NCBI GenBank assembly: GCA_030141605.1
Contig: JAQGDQ010000019.1
Coordinates: 868,001 to 932,000, forward strand
Reading direction: 5' to 3'
Length of the DNA stretch: 64,000 nucleotides
DNA from: Tubiluchus corallicola
Taxonomy: Eukaryota > Animalia > Priapulida
Shown one piece after another: positions 22,033 to 35,602 of this stretch (the first letter of the stretch is position 1; every line of letters begins with the position of its first letter). The translations under genes and the position numbers were made by a program. Below the pieces are notes generated by a model. The model was given only the letters and a program-made list of their open reading frames with translations, had not been told where the DNA came from and made no database searches.

Positions 22033-23023
22033 ACGTTCTGAAAGAAGGCTGAATGAATTCAGGTCCAAATCCGCGAGCAGAACACGCTGACCGTGTTGAC
22101 ACCAGACTTTTTTTAATACGTAATCTTTATTTAAAAAACAAAATTAAAAAAAATGTTTACAAGAAAGTATAAAATGAGGAAGCATGATAAAACGTACATA
22201 CAGCACAGAATAAATTTTACAGATAAAAGAGATTTACGGATACAGCTAGTTGCCCCTATCGATTATACCTGATCGAGTGTGGTTATGTCAATACTTGCAG
22301 ATTATTACGCTCAAGTACATGTATTACTAACCAGCGTGCACGGTATTTGTGACTAATTATCACTTAACTGTACTTGGTCCAATGTGGTTTTCTCGTGTGT
22401 GATTGAGCAGGTAGCCCTAATTTTCACATTTCGACCCTTGCACATCTACCCTACCTAAAATGCTTATCTAGCCTTTGAGTTTGAAATTTCGTGACTCAGC
22501 ATATTATGATTTTAGAGTCCTTTAATGTTGCGACTTGCGGAACAAAACCTCTAATTTGCCTCTAATTTTCACATTTTATCTCCTGTCTTGGATCCTTAAA
22601 GAATCCTAAGCCTGGACCGCTGTCTGACCCCTACTCCAGACCTCTGTCCTACACGTTTCGTGACTCTAGCTATTATAATATTCAATGTTGTGCATTTTGG
22701 CTCCTGTCTCGCTTTAAAAATCCCAACTTTGTTAATACTCCACGTACACGTTTACCTTACAAAACCTGAGTACATGAATTTAACTCATAGCCCTATGATG
22801 AGTTGCATGACAGTGTCCTTGGATGTTTGATAGCGGTAACCGTTCACCTCACTACTTTTAAGGCCCCAACCTAGGTAAGTTTCATGACTCTAACTCTCTG
22901 CGTTTGCGAGCTAATATGAACTAAAATGTGGAAAACTGGATGCGTAAAACGACTAACATAACGATGAAAAAATCATCATATGGGTTCTCCTAGATGAGCG
23001 ACGTTAGCACTCGCGGATAAAAA
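22033..23023 (-). mobile_element. Putative Helentron-associated non-autonomous element (HINE/DINE-like)
   Basis: Subterminal inverted motif atccgcgag (about 22069) / ctcgcggat (about 23010), adjacent hairpin ctgaat..attcag (22049-22062), A/T-run ends, three internal tttc(g/a)tgactc repeats. Confidence 0.45.
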
Positions 23024-23709
23024 TATGAAAGCGTGCAGATTAATAAATACTATTAAGATAGCTACTAGGGAATTTTTATGAACTATAATTATTGTGATTA
23101 AAGAGTGCTTGCGTCTTTCAACTGTGCAATTTTGTGCGTCGTCAGTATAAAAACATCAGAATTTAAAATTCCACTACATATAATGTTGTTGTTACAGTTT
23201 TTAGCTCTTTTGTAAAATAATATATATTTCTTTTATTAAAACATATATGTAGTATACGTAGGTACATCTATAACCTGCACAAAAATTTGGCGGTCTTTAC
23301 ATGTACAGCAGCATTTTATCTTCCTGTCGCTTCCTCGATGCAGTTATCCCGAATGCACTTTGATTATCGAGTGGCTGTTTAGAAGAAAGTGTGAGTAATT
23401 AATCGCCTAAAATTCTGCATTGAGTACACTGAGGATTCCATGAACATTGTTTGTTAATTACTCTCTTTCGGTACCACTTGTTTTGTTGAGCGCTGGTGTT
23501 TCATTAGTTATTCTACTCACAAAATGCAGATTGACAATCGGCGAAGTTATGTGAAAATTAGTGTTGCTCATAAGCATAGCATGGTGTTTGTCAATGTTCA
23601 AGTTTGTTTTCCATGGGGAGTAATTGGTGTGTTTTGCGAGGTTATGCACACTCCTTATACCGTGTTTGTGGTATTTTCCTAAACGTTTGTAAACACGTTT
23701 AGCACGATC

Positions 23710-23826
23710 ATGGGTCGATCCACATCGGAGTCTGGGGTTTATATTTCAACGTTAAAGCCAATCCAAGTTCCAGACGCCTTGAAAACTGTACCCTCTCGCA
23801 AATTCAACTTCGTGAAATGGGACGAG
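23710..23826 (+). CDS. PLCB: Phospholipase C-beta first coding exon, copy c
   Basis: MGRSTSESGVYISTLKPIQVPDALKTVPSRKFNFVKWDE|gtgata; phase 0, same exon end as copy a. Confidence 0.82.
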
Positions 23827-23957
23827 GTGATACGTTTTACTGATATTTTTCTTGTAACTGAATTTGCCGACGGTTTGTGTTTTCTTTTTCTCTATATTGC
23901 GATTTCTTATTTTGTTTCAAATAAAAATATATATTTATACAATTACGTATGAATATG

Positions 23958-24030
23958 TAGTATATATATATATAAATACATATACATATGTGTGTGTGTG
24001 TGTGCGCGTGTGTGTGCGTGTGCGTGAGTG
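23958..24030. repeat. Compound (TA)n/(TG)n/(CG)n microsatellite
   Basis: Direct reading. Confidence 0.9.
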
Positions 24031-27000
24031 TACAATGTATATACACACAGATTTCATCGACACATTGTATGTATACATATATCATTGATGAATATTGATG
24101 AATATGTCTGCAAGTGGTACAAATATCCCTTAATATAACAAAAAACGTTTTACACATTTTCTTATTAAAACTCCGCGTTTCAACTGTTCATTTCCTAACT
24201 GTGTCTGCTGGAAAAACGGTTAAAAGTCGTGTTTTAATAACAACGTGTATAGAAGTTTTCTGTGGGATATTTGTACCAATTGAAATTTTTCCTTACTACT
24301 AATAATTTGCAGAGTCCAGACCCTACATTGAGTACTGTATTTTCTTTAAGTGCAAGTTTAATACATGGTTTCTTAATCGGTTTTAAATTTCAAAATGTGC
24401 TTCCAACAACCTGCCTGTTGTTCTTGAAGCACGAAATTTTAACAGCCCCTTTATTCTTAGCTTTAGTATTTGAGAACTTCAAGCCATAACTGACTGATCT
24501 GAGTGACCTAGACTAGAGCCTCTGATCCGTGAAGCCAGCTTGGCTAACAGTCGAAGTAATGCTGGTTTGAGTAACTCATCTCAATATCTTGTCACAAGGT
24601 CTGACTGAGATCCTGTACATGTTTACAGTTGCAGCGCCCACTGCTCAGCATGCTTGAAAAAACTGCATCCACGGTGGTACATGACTGTGCACGCTTTTGA
24701 AATAAAGAGCTGATGGGATGTCGGATGTTAACTTGGTTTATTTGTGGTGGGTGTAAAACATGACTTAGATAAACAGCTGCATGGGATATGCAAACTCGCG
24801 CCTGCAGTTGAAAATTTTGCTTTATTTAGAAAAATAATTCGATGGTATATGTTGTTTTAACTGGTCTCAAAACTACGATGAAACGTAGTCCGCAAGATAC
24901 ACTTGTCGGTGGAATTTCACGATATTTAGCAGATATAATTACATGTTTTAGCAGTTAGCATATATAACTGCGCTAAACTTTAAGGCAGTTTACCTTCTTG
25001 TTTACACTGACTATATAACTATGTGTATTAAAAAGATTTGTAACATCACTGATATCAGTATTTCCCAATAAACAGGATTTCCGCATTAAGGGCAAGTCTA
25101 CCTGCAATACATTTTAGGTGACATTTTATGTAGCGCAGTATTCTACTCTGTTAACTCTGAGCACCTTAGTTAGTAAAATCCCTAAATTTTTCTGTTTCTT
25201 CCAAGATGAAAGATTCCATTTGCCCAAAACGTGCCATACTTATCGTTTTTTCTGATAACGTACGTTGGATCGTTTTTGGGCATAATTTATATTAAGAAAA
25301 TTGTCCTTGTAACTTGTAAGAATCCTAGTCCCATTTCTGGAAAGCTATATAGGTTTTGAATGGAAGAGTCGTAACAGACGGCACAACGGGGTACATTGCT
25401 AACTCGCTTTCGGCTTTCAATGCTGAAAAGCCCTAAAATGCGTTTTGCGTATCTTAGTAAGCAAAATTGATCTTAGATAGTGTGCGAAGATTGTCATTTG
25501 CCACTTTGCGAAGCAGACCAGGCGCCTCTTTCAACGCATTAGCATTCTGTCGGCATTTTATGGCTTTTCCTCTTTCACGTTTCAGTTCTGTTTATTCAGA
25601 ACGAAAACATTTGCGGTCGTGATTTATTTACACGGTTTGCTCTGATCATCCGTTAGACTGAGGCTCCTTACAGCTACAACTTGCTACTAGCGATTTTGCC
25701 TTGTATTTTATAGACCAATTGTTTGTTCATTTATTTATGTACTTTTTGTCAAATAGTTGCTTCGGAATTCAGGCGCAGCGTGCCTAGGCTGACTCTACAT
25801 TAAAAGAATTAAAGCTTCTAAATCGGTCTGTAGTTAAAGAACTTAACAAATTCAATAGCCTGTACATTGAAAAACATGAATTGTAATAATACTAGAACAT
25901 AGTTTTGGTGAGTCACATAAAAGTTTTAACACAATGAAACGCCTCCGAGTTTTACTGTTCTTTTGACCTTGTATCAGAGATCGATTACATGCATTTATGT
26001 CCTAACTCATTGTATCACAAATTCACAGCAGAGCCAAATCGTTCTGCTGTGCGGATCATTTGCGGCTTAATTTCACAGGAAAGGGAAATTTTCTGTAGAA
26101 AAATCAACGGAGAAACTCCAGTTGCTTCAATTAACAACCAGTCATTTTGCACGTGGCTCAATTGCGACCAATCATATGTAATCGCGTCTATTACTTGGCA
26201 ATAATAGGAACGTCTCCATTAAAGCATTTTAATAGTTTATTACCAGTTGACTTCGAAGCATTTAGATTTGGCGGGGGAGGGGGTGTTGGAGCGGGCTAAA
26301 CCTCACAGTATAATTAGGTTTTTGCCTTATAACTAATTTTCTGGTAATCGATGGCAACGTTGAAATGCGTTGTGTTGTCTGGCTTCTAAACTTTAACTTG
26401 GTCTTAAAAATACGTACCTTAATCATTTTTGGCTTATTCGCGCAGGTATGGCGAGTTTTTGTACTACCCAGTTAGTCTGTCAGTCAAACAATCAATCTGT
26501 CAATTAAACGATCAGCGAGTCAAGTTAGTAACGCTGTGGGAGGTTGAAGGGAGCAAAGAAAAAAGCAGAAAGATAGAAAAGTTGATTATACAACAAACAA
26601 AGAAAGAATGTTGAACAGACTGATGGTTAAACGAACAAGAGAAATTAAGTTAAAAAAATGGAGAAAAATATAACTAAGAACCGACTAAGAAACAGTAAAT
26701 CGAAGGAGGAAAGAAGTGGAGGAAAGAAAAAGAACAGGGAAAGTCCAAGAAACTTGGTCAAAGTGTCTTAAAAAGTTTTTGAAATAACTGTACAATAAAA
26801 GAGAAAAAATTTAAATGTAGCAAGCAAGACAGAAATGTCTGAACTGGGTCCTAACAATAATCAAAACTTTCATATCATTTGATAAAGTTACGAACAAATT
26901 TAAGAATAATTTTAAGAAGACTAACTTAGTGAATCCGTGCGTAGCACTAGAAAGTTTGTACCCTCAAACTTACAAAGAAAATCATCCGAAAGAACTTTAA

Positions 27001-27292
27001 TGAATCCGGTCCCTGTTTCCGAATTTGATACATGCTGTATGTGTGCGTGCCTGTATAGTAAGTGACTTTTGTTAATGCTCTGAATCGATGAATCTGTAAA
27101 CACATGTTTACATAATAAATCTGTAATATTATTGTGATATTATTTATGGCTAGTTGAAATTGGGAGAAGGGCAGGTGTGGCAGTTTAGATGAATTGCAAA
27201 ATGATCACAAATAATTTGTGATCTAACTGATATATCTTAATTACAAAAAATAAGTTTTGAGAAATGATTTAAAATTTTCTTTTCTTTTTCAG

Positions 27293-27370
27293 TTGTCTTC
27301 AAGCGCTACGTTGGTGACATTGCACGTGGACCCAAAAGGACATGTTTTGTTTTGGAAAGACCAAAACAAG
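27293..27370 (+). CDS. PLCB: Phospholipase C-beta exon 2 (PH domain)
   Basis: Strong polypyrimidine acceptor ttttctttttcag|LSSSATLVTLHVDPKGHVLFWKDQNK|gtaagg; resembles PLCB1 ..[20 protein letters not shown] (recalled). Confidence 0.88.
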
Positions 27371-30300
27371 GTAAGGATCAGACATTATTTGAAGCTGCAC
27401 TAGTGTAATACAGTGTAAGCTACTCAATATATGAGCTAAAATGCAATCATCCCAGCGTGGCGCATTTCCGTAACATGTCTGAAACAATGTAGCTTGTGTA
27501 GAAGAGGCACCAAAGTGACCAAACGCCATATGTACCTTACTGACCCGCAAAAAGAAGGCGTGTATATTGTAGGCGTACAACAGAAGTACAGCAAAACTTG
27601 TGGTGTATGAAATTTTGCTTTCATTAGAAGTGTTATAGTTTTCTAACTCATAGTCGCGAATCTTGTTTTTTCTGCAATTGTCTATGCTAGAAAGCTTCTT
27701 TAGCTTCTGGCCGAGAAGCTGTGTATAGACAAAGTGAGATATGTCACAGTGAACAGAACCATGCTATTTTTAGCCATTTACGCTACCTCTTGCAATCATT
27801 GCTCGAAACCCAGTTTTATAAATTTTTAAGCGCCTTTTGGGCTCCATGTGAGTATACTGTTCTAATCCCAATTATCTGATGACATTGTTTGATTGTGTGC
27901 CTCGTTGAAAACACACTGACTTGCAGTGATCAACTTTTATTCCATCTCACTAGTAACATTATAAAATCTGCCTTCCTGAAACAACAGTACTGCTTGCTTC
28001 CTCAAGGGGCGCGTGTGGCACCAGATCATCCATAAAATCTAATTTCAATTTAGCTTGTTAAGCGTCAGCATGAATGCTAATCTTCTCATCTCATAAACTT
28101 AGAAAATTATATTTTAGAAACGCAAGCAACGTACGTGCACAAAAGAAAGATAGTACTGAATACGCATAAAGTCGCGAACAGTCGAACACCCAAAACTTTC
28201 ACTTGCAACCTTAACTGTAATTAAGCTTAATGATGTTGAAATAGAATGGAAAACCAACTTTGAGTACTTTCTAACGGTTTTTTTAAATCTAAGAGGAACC
28301 AAGTGGACTGATTTTTACATTCTGCAAATTTAATTATGTAATATTGTTACAGTTAATGTTCATAACAGTTTTTCGTGCAGTTGTTGTATGCAACAAAAAC
28401 ATGTGTCGCCTGTTAAGCAAACATACAGAGACAGAAGAATGAAACTACTTGTGGTGTGTTATGAGATGAGAACGACTATCTGTGCTATAATGCAGTAATC
28501 AGAAAATACAAATGATAAATACTGTTCACACTTGTTTAATAATGCAATTATGTTGTGAGAGTTTAAAAATTATTATACTGTCAAAGAGTGTCACTTTCAT
28601 TACTTCAGATGAAAAACCATCTCAACAGATGATACTGGGAAGTGCAGAAAACAGCTCTGCCGCAGAAACTCTACGCAAGTTTATCTTTCTTCCTTTCTAA
28701 AGTTGAGGTCCTTTCTTAAGTCTCTGCTTAGCCTATATCTTTCCTCTAATTTCAACATCTTCAACTCATCCTCCCTCTCTTTTTTCCTTATTTGGTATTT
28801 AAACACTATTGGAAAAGTCTATGCAAGGAGAAAAGTCGAATTGCCCACGATAGCGTAGAGGAACTGAGCTATGGATTCATCTTTGACTTTGACTTTGACA
28901 TCGCAGACTTTTCCCAAATGTATTTCCATTTGGCACCAAATTCAAATGCGCGTCCTATCCTTACCACCTGTTGCCCGGTGCCCATGGTTATAATACTCCA
29001 ATCTGCTATGAAGCTCAAAATCCATGCACGCCTTGCCACTCTTAAGTATTTCAGATACTGTTCCTATAGTGGCCTATCAGAAAGTTTAAGGACTTTAAGC
29101 CATATTATCTATTGTTTAGGTCCACTAACAAAGTTAGTTCACACTTTCCAGGACATTTTAGTATGTCTATTCTCTGGGATTTTCTAGCTGAGGTGCACAT
29201 CTTTGGTGAATATATTATGTTAATTATGATACTCGTTTATAGACCTAATTGTTAATAATAAATAATAGGTAATTAATTGCCACGTTACATATGCGCAACG
29301 CTTGAGTTCTGTATAAAACTGTGTTATGTTGTGATAATTAGGCGAAGGATTTAATTCCTTCAGTCATTCTTTTAGTCGGGTAATATATTTCCTTTTCCTG
29401 TCTCAACAATCAGAATTCCATAAGGTACTTATAGTGTGTTTTTCTTTAGGAAAATCTTAAAATGCTTTCAGAAAGACACAGCACGCAGTTGACACAAACA
29501 TTTTCAAGATGTTACAAAACTTATAGTGAGAGTAGGTCTACGTGTAAAATACCTTACTTACACTGATGTGAAGATAAGTCCCGAGAATAAGTGCACATTA
29601 GCACACAACAATTTCTCCCACTCTATAATAGTGGTTTTTTCTATCGCTTCAATCAAAACTGAATAACGGCGTGCTGATAATCTTAAAACGACATTAATTT
29701 TGCCCAAATTGAATTTGCCACTGTTCAGGAAATAAAAGTATAAGCTACTGGCGTACGTTTCAGTTTGTATGCTCGTCGAATTAAGCCATGAGCAGACTAT
29801 AAACATGTGCAATGAATTTGATTTTATTTGGATCTACCAGCCAATTCTCATGGAATCTACAAGATGAGCCCAAACAATGCACCCAACTCATTTTGACACT
29901 GAACGAAATTTTCCTCAGAGGGACTGCTCACAGTGGTAAAGTATTCTTGTTATTTGATTAAAAAAACCATAGCGCCAGGAATACCGTCTGAACCTGCTTA
30001 TTACACGAATGTATAAAGGCAAAATAAGCAACAGTGCATACATTAAGTTATAAACCGGAAAACAGGCGTGCACTTTATGATTGCTGCGCTTTTAATTGGA
30101 TTGACTCTTTATTGCATTCTGAGTTCTGGCGATTCCTCATTTGTTGACGGTGCAACGCAATTCCTGCCGCCGATTCAAATTACAAACTCTGTCCATGGTT
30201 TCAGTCTTTCAGAGAATTTGTATGAATAGCACAATAGTATGTACAGTACGGCTTCACCGTCTGAACTTCAGATGTATCTTAGGTTAACTGGGTCCTACAG

Positions 30301-32153
30301 ACGGATTCTTGGCATGCATTGGCTTCACAAGATTTACATGATGTGATTATGCAGGGGATACGCATTGAGGCAAAGATTTGTGTAATGTATATTAATGTAT
30401 CTGTTTGCAAACCGTGCCGAACTTGCGTTTTAATGCATCTATTTCAGGCCATGCAAAGCTTTGTGTGGTAATGTAATTGACTAACTGTAACCTGTTTACT
30501 GTAAGCATAAAACAGAATAGACTGAAATGGGAATCAGCAATAGATTGTTCTCGTGAAATAAGACAATAGAAAATATCTGAACTGTTTGTTGTGCAAAGAT
30601 CTGTATTTGTCTAAATTTTATCTCATATTGCCAATAGTTGTTTCATCAGAGTAAAAATTGTCGCAGATAAATTTTCAGTATAAGGAATAGTTATAGTGTG
30701 ATGAATAAATAATTTAAAACATTAAAGTAGGCTAATCATAGTTATATATTGAATGCGCTGTCTAATATCAGACAAATGATGAGCTTCAGATTTTACTAAA
30801 AATAACAAAGTAGAGCATAAGTGTACGACATTAGCCCATTTTACTATGTAATATTAAACAAAATCTGTCCACAAATGAAACTCGTTTAGTTGACTGAACC
30901 GTTGAAAGTTGCCCTCGAAATATATCCTAGTAAAGTATTAAACTATTACTACAAGTAGCAATCCGATTGTAACCTCAAAGCCACAAATCAGATTACATTT
31001 CGTGTCTTGCCATGACGTTATTACAAGATCAATAAGTTGATCAAAATCTAAGTCTTCGGCTCATATAAAACCTGCTAGGCAAGCAAGTTCGTGAGAAACA
31101 CCAAATGCTTTCTCTATAATATCAGAGAGCTGCATTTTAGTGCTACACACAGCTGTGTTCTCCCATGATGGCTGATTTATTAAATAAGTACCTGCAGGAT
31201 CTGGTGAAATGGCGTAGCGCACCTTAACACAATTTAGAATTGAGAACTTGTGTAAAATGTTTATATCAAGAGTCAAAGCTGTTGAAGTTGATTTACTTAA
31301 TCCTGAAATTTTTGGCTGAGTGGTTTATGTCTGTATATTACTTCAACGGAGTTATTTGCAATAATGGATCTTCCCCTGACCCACAAACAAAGTTAAGTTA
31401 ATTATATTGATAACAAACTGGAATAGACTGCCAACTGCTGCACATTGAAAAAGGGCTTCCGCGTTCTTTTTGTCTGGCTTCTAGCGCCTCTGATAAGCTT
31501 GTTTATAGTGTTGATGGACTATATTGGGCTTATTTCTTGCACTGCGTGAAATATAAGCACGGGATTAACGAAATCGTTTGGTAAAAAGAACGCTATGTGC
31601 AACTCTAACTGTTATTATTAATTTCGTGCGTGTATCTGTATTAAAATGTGAGGCGTGGAAATGTAAAGCATGTCTTTTATAAATCTCGTCAAAAACTACC
31701 GGGTTATTTGAACTGTTGTTAAGATAGAAGGATGAAATGAGGATCTACTTTAGTTGTAAGTGGTCTAGCGGTGAAACATTTAGCTTGTAAGTTAAATGTC
31801 ATTGGTGAAAATCCGAGATCATTCTCGATTTTTTAATTTTTTTCTCAGCAAAGATAATCAGAGAAGAACTAGTTTAGTTCACGTGACCTCATAGCATCTT
31901 TACTGTCTTTACTGTCCTTGCTAAAAGTTGTTTTTTACAAAATGAAAAATATGCCATACTATATGTGTGAATCTTTAAAGAATATTCAGCCAGGTTTGTT
32001 TCTATCGCCTGTGCGGTTGGAATGACATACATGTTTTGAAAATGTTCATCTTTTTCAACTTGAAAGCGCATTTATTTGCATTTGCTAGGAAGTTGAAACT
32101 GATATTTTCTATCTAGGGTGTCATTCCACTTTAATAATCGAATAACATTACTT

Positions 32154-32262
32154 TTAGCAAATTCAAGCAAACATTACAGTGAGAGGCACCCCCCCCCCAC
32201 TAACACTTCTTACTGAACATACTTTACGTTCTAATCAAATTATCGACACTTTTGATAAATTT
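32154..32262 (+). repeat. 109-bp direct repeat, copy 1 (copy 2 at 33720-33828)
   Basis: ttagcaaattcaagc...tttgataaattt; the copies differ at one base after the C10 run. Confidence 0.95.
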
Positions 32263-33719
32263 CAGGATTTTGTTATTGACATATCTTTAATCGAATTGAG
32301 AATAGGCCTGTATATATATATACAGCTGTAAGCCCGCATAATATGATTGTCTGTGCATGTTTTATTGGCTTTGTATATGATACAACAGCCAGCTTTACGT
32401 AACACATTGCCTGCGTGTACAAATTTGCACAAGCATCCAGCTAATCTGTATTGATTTGTACCTTATTGTATACTCGTTGATTCTGGTCAATTGAATGACA
32501 TGTTCTTTACGAAATTTCCCAGGAATTGACGAGCTAGTCACGCACACTAGTTGGACATGTTGCTACTGTCACACAAGGCTATTTCTACTGCTATTAACAT
32601 TCAAAGGTCATCTCTCTGTGAAGCCTACGATTGAGGTTGACACAAAATGTTGATGAAGCCGGCCGCGCGCTGGGATCATCACACAATTTCACAGTCGTCT
32701 GTATCTGTTGCCTGGGCAACGCGTCAACAATGTGTAACTTACCTGCAAACTGTGTGCGGTGAAAAATAGATAGCTCGGCGTCTGTCTCATTGCGACAACT
32801 TAATTATTACCTGGATGTCTAATTATGACAGGTGGAAGTTACTGCTCGATTTTAATTACTTATACGTGGCACGTGCATTCGTTTACACTTTCCTATTTAA
32901 AGAAAAGGCAAGTCTCTTGGGAAGATGGGCTTAATTTTACCTTTTCAGAAAAATGTTTGAAAGTTTCATCAATAAAATTATGCTAAGCGTCTCGTGTAAA
33001 CCCCTCTCCTAGTAAGATCAATTTAAAGTCGCGATCACTTCACACATGTGCACTCTCATTTTGAACATTTCTAGTGAAAAATGGCGTCATTCGGTTACTG
33101 TGCCTTAACACTTATCCCGCCAGGCGCTGGAGTGAACTTCTTTTGCAGCTGCAGTTACTATCATCAAAGTACAAACAATCCAAACGTAAAATGAGAGATT
33201 ATTAACACTATTTTTTGCTTTTTGGTGAATCCTGTTGTCCACTATGTAATGAAAATCAGTTACTGTCGATAACTAGCCAAGGCCCCGCCAAAAATTTTGC
33301 TCATAAATTCAACAAAGCGCGAACATTCTACATAGTGTTCGTTTGTTATCCTTGAACTTTGATAGTCTGTTAGGTATTACAATCAACACAAAGCCAACAG
33401 CGTTTGCCGAACCAAAGTTTTAAGCTGACTACAGTGGAATTATGTCAGAACAATGCAAGCATCAATGTAGCTTATAAGCGAGAATCGCACAAAATTGAAC
33501 CTTCATCCCGGTTCTTCCTCTTTCCAAAGAGCTAAGTATTGCCTTCCAAGAGCCCAACCAGGTGCTGCTAGAACATTTTTTCTACACGGTTTTCTGTCAT
33601 AATTTCGAAAAAATCGAGTTAGGTCAAGGACAATGCCCGTTGTGGGAAACCGTGGCCACTCCGGAAATCTAAGTATGCCTACTACATACCACCGAATTGA
33701 AATTTCTATCCAGCCATTA

Positions 33720-33828
33720 TTAGCAAATTCAAGCAAACATTACAGTGAGAGGCACCCCCCCCCCGCTAACACTTCTTACTGAACATACTTTACGTTCTAA
33801 TCAAATTATCGACACTTTTGATAAATTT
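33720..33828 (+). repeat. 109-bp direct repeat, copy 2
   Basis: 108/109 identical to 32154-32262 by eye. Confidence 0.95.
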
Positions 33829-34073
33829 ATTAGCCCGTTAAGGAGTATAAGTTTTGCAAAAAAAACAGGCAAAAAACGGCCATTTTTGGAGCTTTTTCTG
33901 CGCATTTTTGTTGTCTTACTTCCTGGAGACATTTTTCCCGCGTTTTAAACCTCTGGAGCTTCTCGTTTACATAATAGAACAAGGCTAAACCACGTGTAAC
34001 AACACACGAACACTTGTAATGAACGTGTAAGCCTCGTATTGTATAGATATCGACCTCCAACACAAAACAGCAA

Positions 34074-34217
34074 TATCTAATGGATATTGTGTTCGAGTGG
34101 GCCAACGGAGCGACTTTTGCCAAACTGTGCAAAATGACTGACGTGTTCGAGGGCAGCATTATACGCGCCATACGACGACTAGAAGAACTGCTCAGAGACA
34201 TGGTCTGTGCTTCCAAG
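34074..34217 (+). pseudogene. MTREX: Isolated fragment of MTR4/SKIV2L2 RNA helicase (C-terminal DSHCT domain)
   Basis: [48 protein letters not shown] matches the MTR4 signature [21 protein letters not shown]; no other MTR4 exons seen in the window. Confidence 0.85.
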
Positions 34218-35317
34218 CCATTTTTGGAGCTTTTTCTGCGCCCCCCTCGTTCCTCCGTTTGGCCCCGGTGAGACGACGCTGGACCTTGCGTTTGTTATGC
34301 AGATCAACGAGAAAGGTGCCGCCGTAATATATATTACACAATATATATATTATATATATGATCTCCATGTTGGCTAGTTAACGCCCAAAAAGTAACATAG
34401 TAATTATTTTAACAAACTAGAACTGAACTCTATAAGCTAAGTAAATCGCAGGATACCTTCTGTATCCTTGCAGCCTCCCAGAATTCCATGCTTATCTGTA
34501 ATAGTACTTACACATTTTGAGGTATAATCCAGCTATTTAAGCACTTTAACCCGACGACTAATTTTTCCATAAACACAGTTAAACACAGATTTAGTCAAGT
34601 AGAATAACGGAATTGCTGAGTGAGCAGCTGAAGCTTTGTTACGCGTGCCTTCCTGTTGTCACCAATTTACGTCATTTTTTTCAAATATGCCCGCAGATTA
34701 TGTTCGTTTGATTCGAATGATTTAAATTTATTTTGCATTTTTAAACAGGGAGTGTACGCACATACATTATGTAGTAATTTCAATATTTTCAGGTGTATAT
34801 TAAAATACAATGAATGTTGTTCAAGGGTTGTTATCTCCTTTAAGTAAAGCTAAATGAATGGAAACATGAAACTCGGCATCAAACTTTTTTTTGAAAAGTA
34901 AGCACTCAAATTTCAAAAAAAACTTAATGACTGGAAATAAACTATTAATTCTTGAAGTGTGCTTTTTACAAAACTATTATTTTTATTATTTTATTTTTTA
35001 AATTATTTTAACAGGCTAAAACTGCACTCGTTAAGCTAAGTAACCCACCTTGTACCTACTGTATGCTCGTAGCTTCACAGAATTCCATTAAATATTTGTA
35101 ATTATGTTGTGTAGTACATCCGCATGTATATGTGTATATATAATAATATACCATATATAATAATAGTAATATTTAATATACTATATATATAATAATAAAC
35201 TATGTATATATATATATATACTTGCGAAGTTATACATACACAGTTATATAGTAACAGTGTATGTATGACTCCGCAATTCAGTATAGACATCTACATCCTC
35301 TCTTAATGAGATAAATA

Positions 35318-35602
35318 GGCGGAAGTGGTTTTCTTGGTATACACTCAGCCATTTACTAACCAGACCCAGTGTAGCTCATCTTCAATTGCTGAACTCACAC
35401 CGTAACCATTCAGCTATTCCATTGGCTCCTGATATTAGCTTGAATTTACAATATTTTATGTCGTAATGGTGGAATAAACCAACACTTATTAAAAATCTGA
35501 ATAGGTAATTTTTTGGATTACAAATTCAATCCATTCAGCTCCTTGTAAAGAAGCCATGTCTTAATTCACTCTCAACAGTTCATCAACCAAGTAGCCGATA
35601 TT
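35318..35602 (+). repeat. About 280-bp diverged direct repeat (second copy about 37095-37373)
   Basis: Shared ggcggaagtg..ctcagccatttactaaccagaccc..tttttggattacaaatt..atcaaccaa. Confidence 0.85.
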
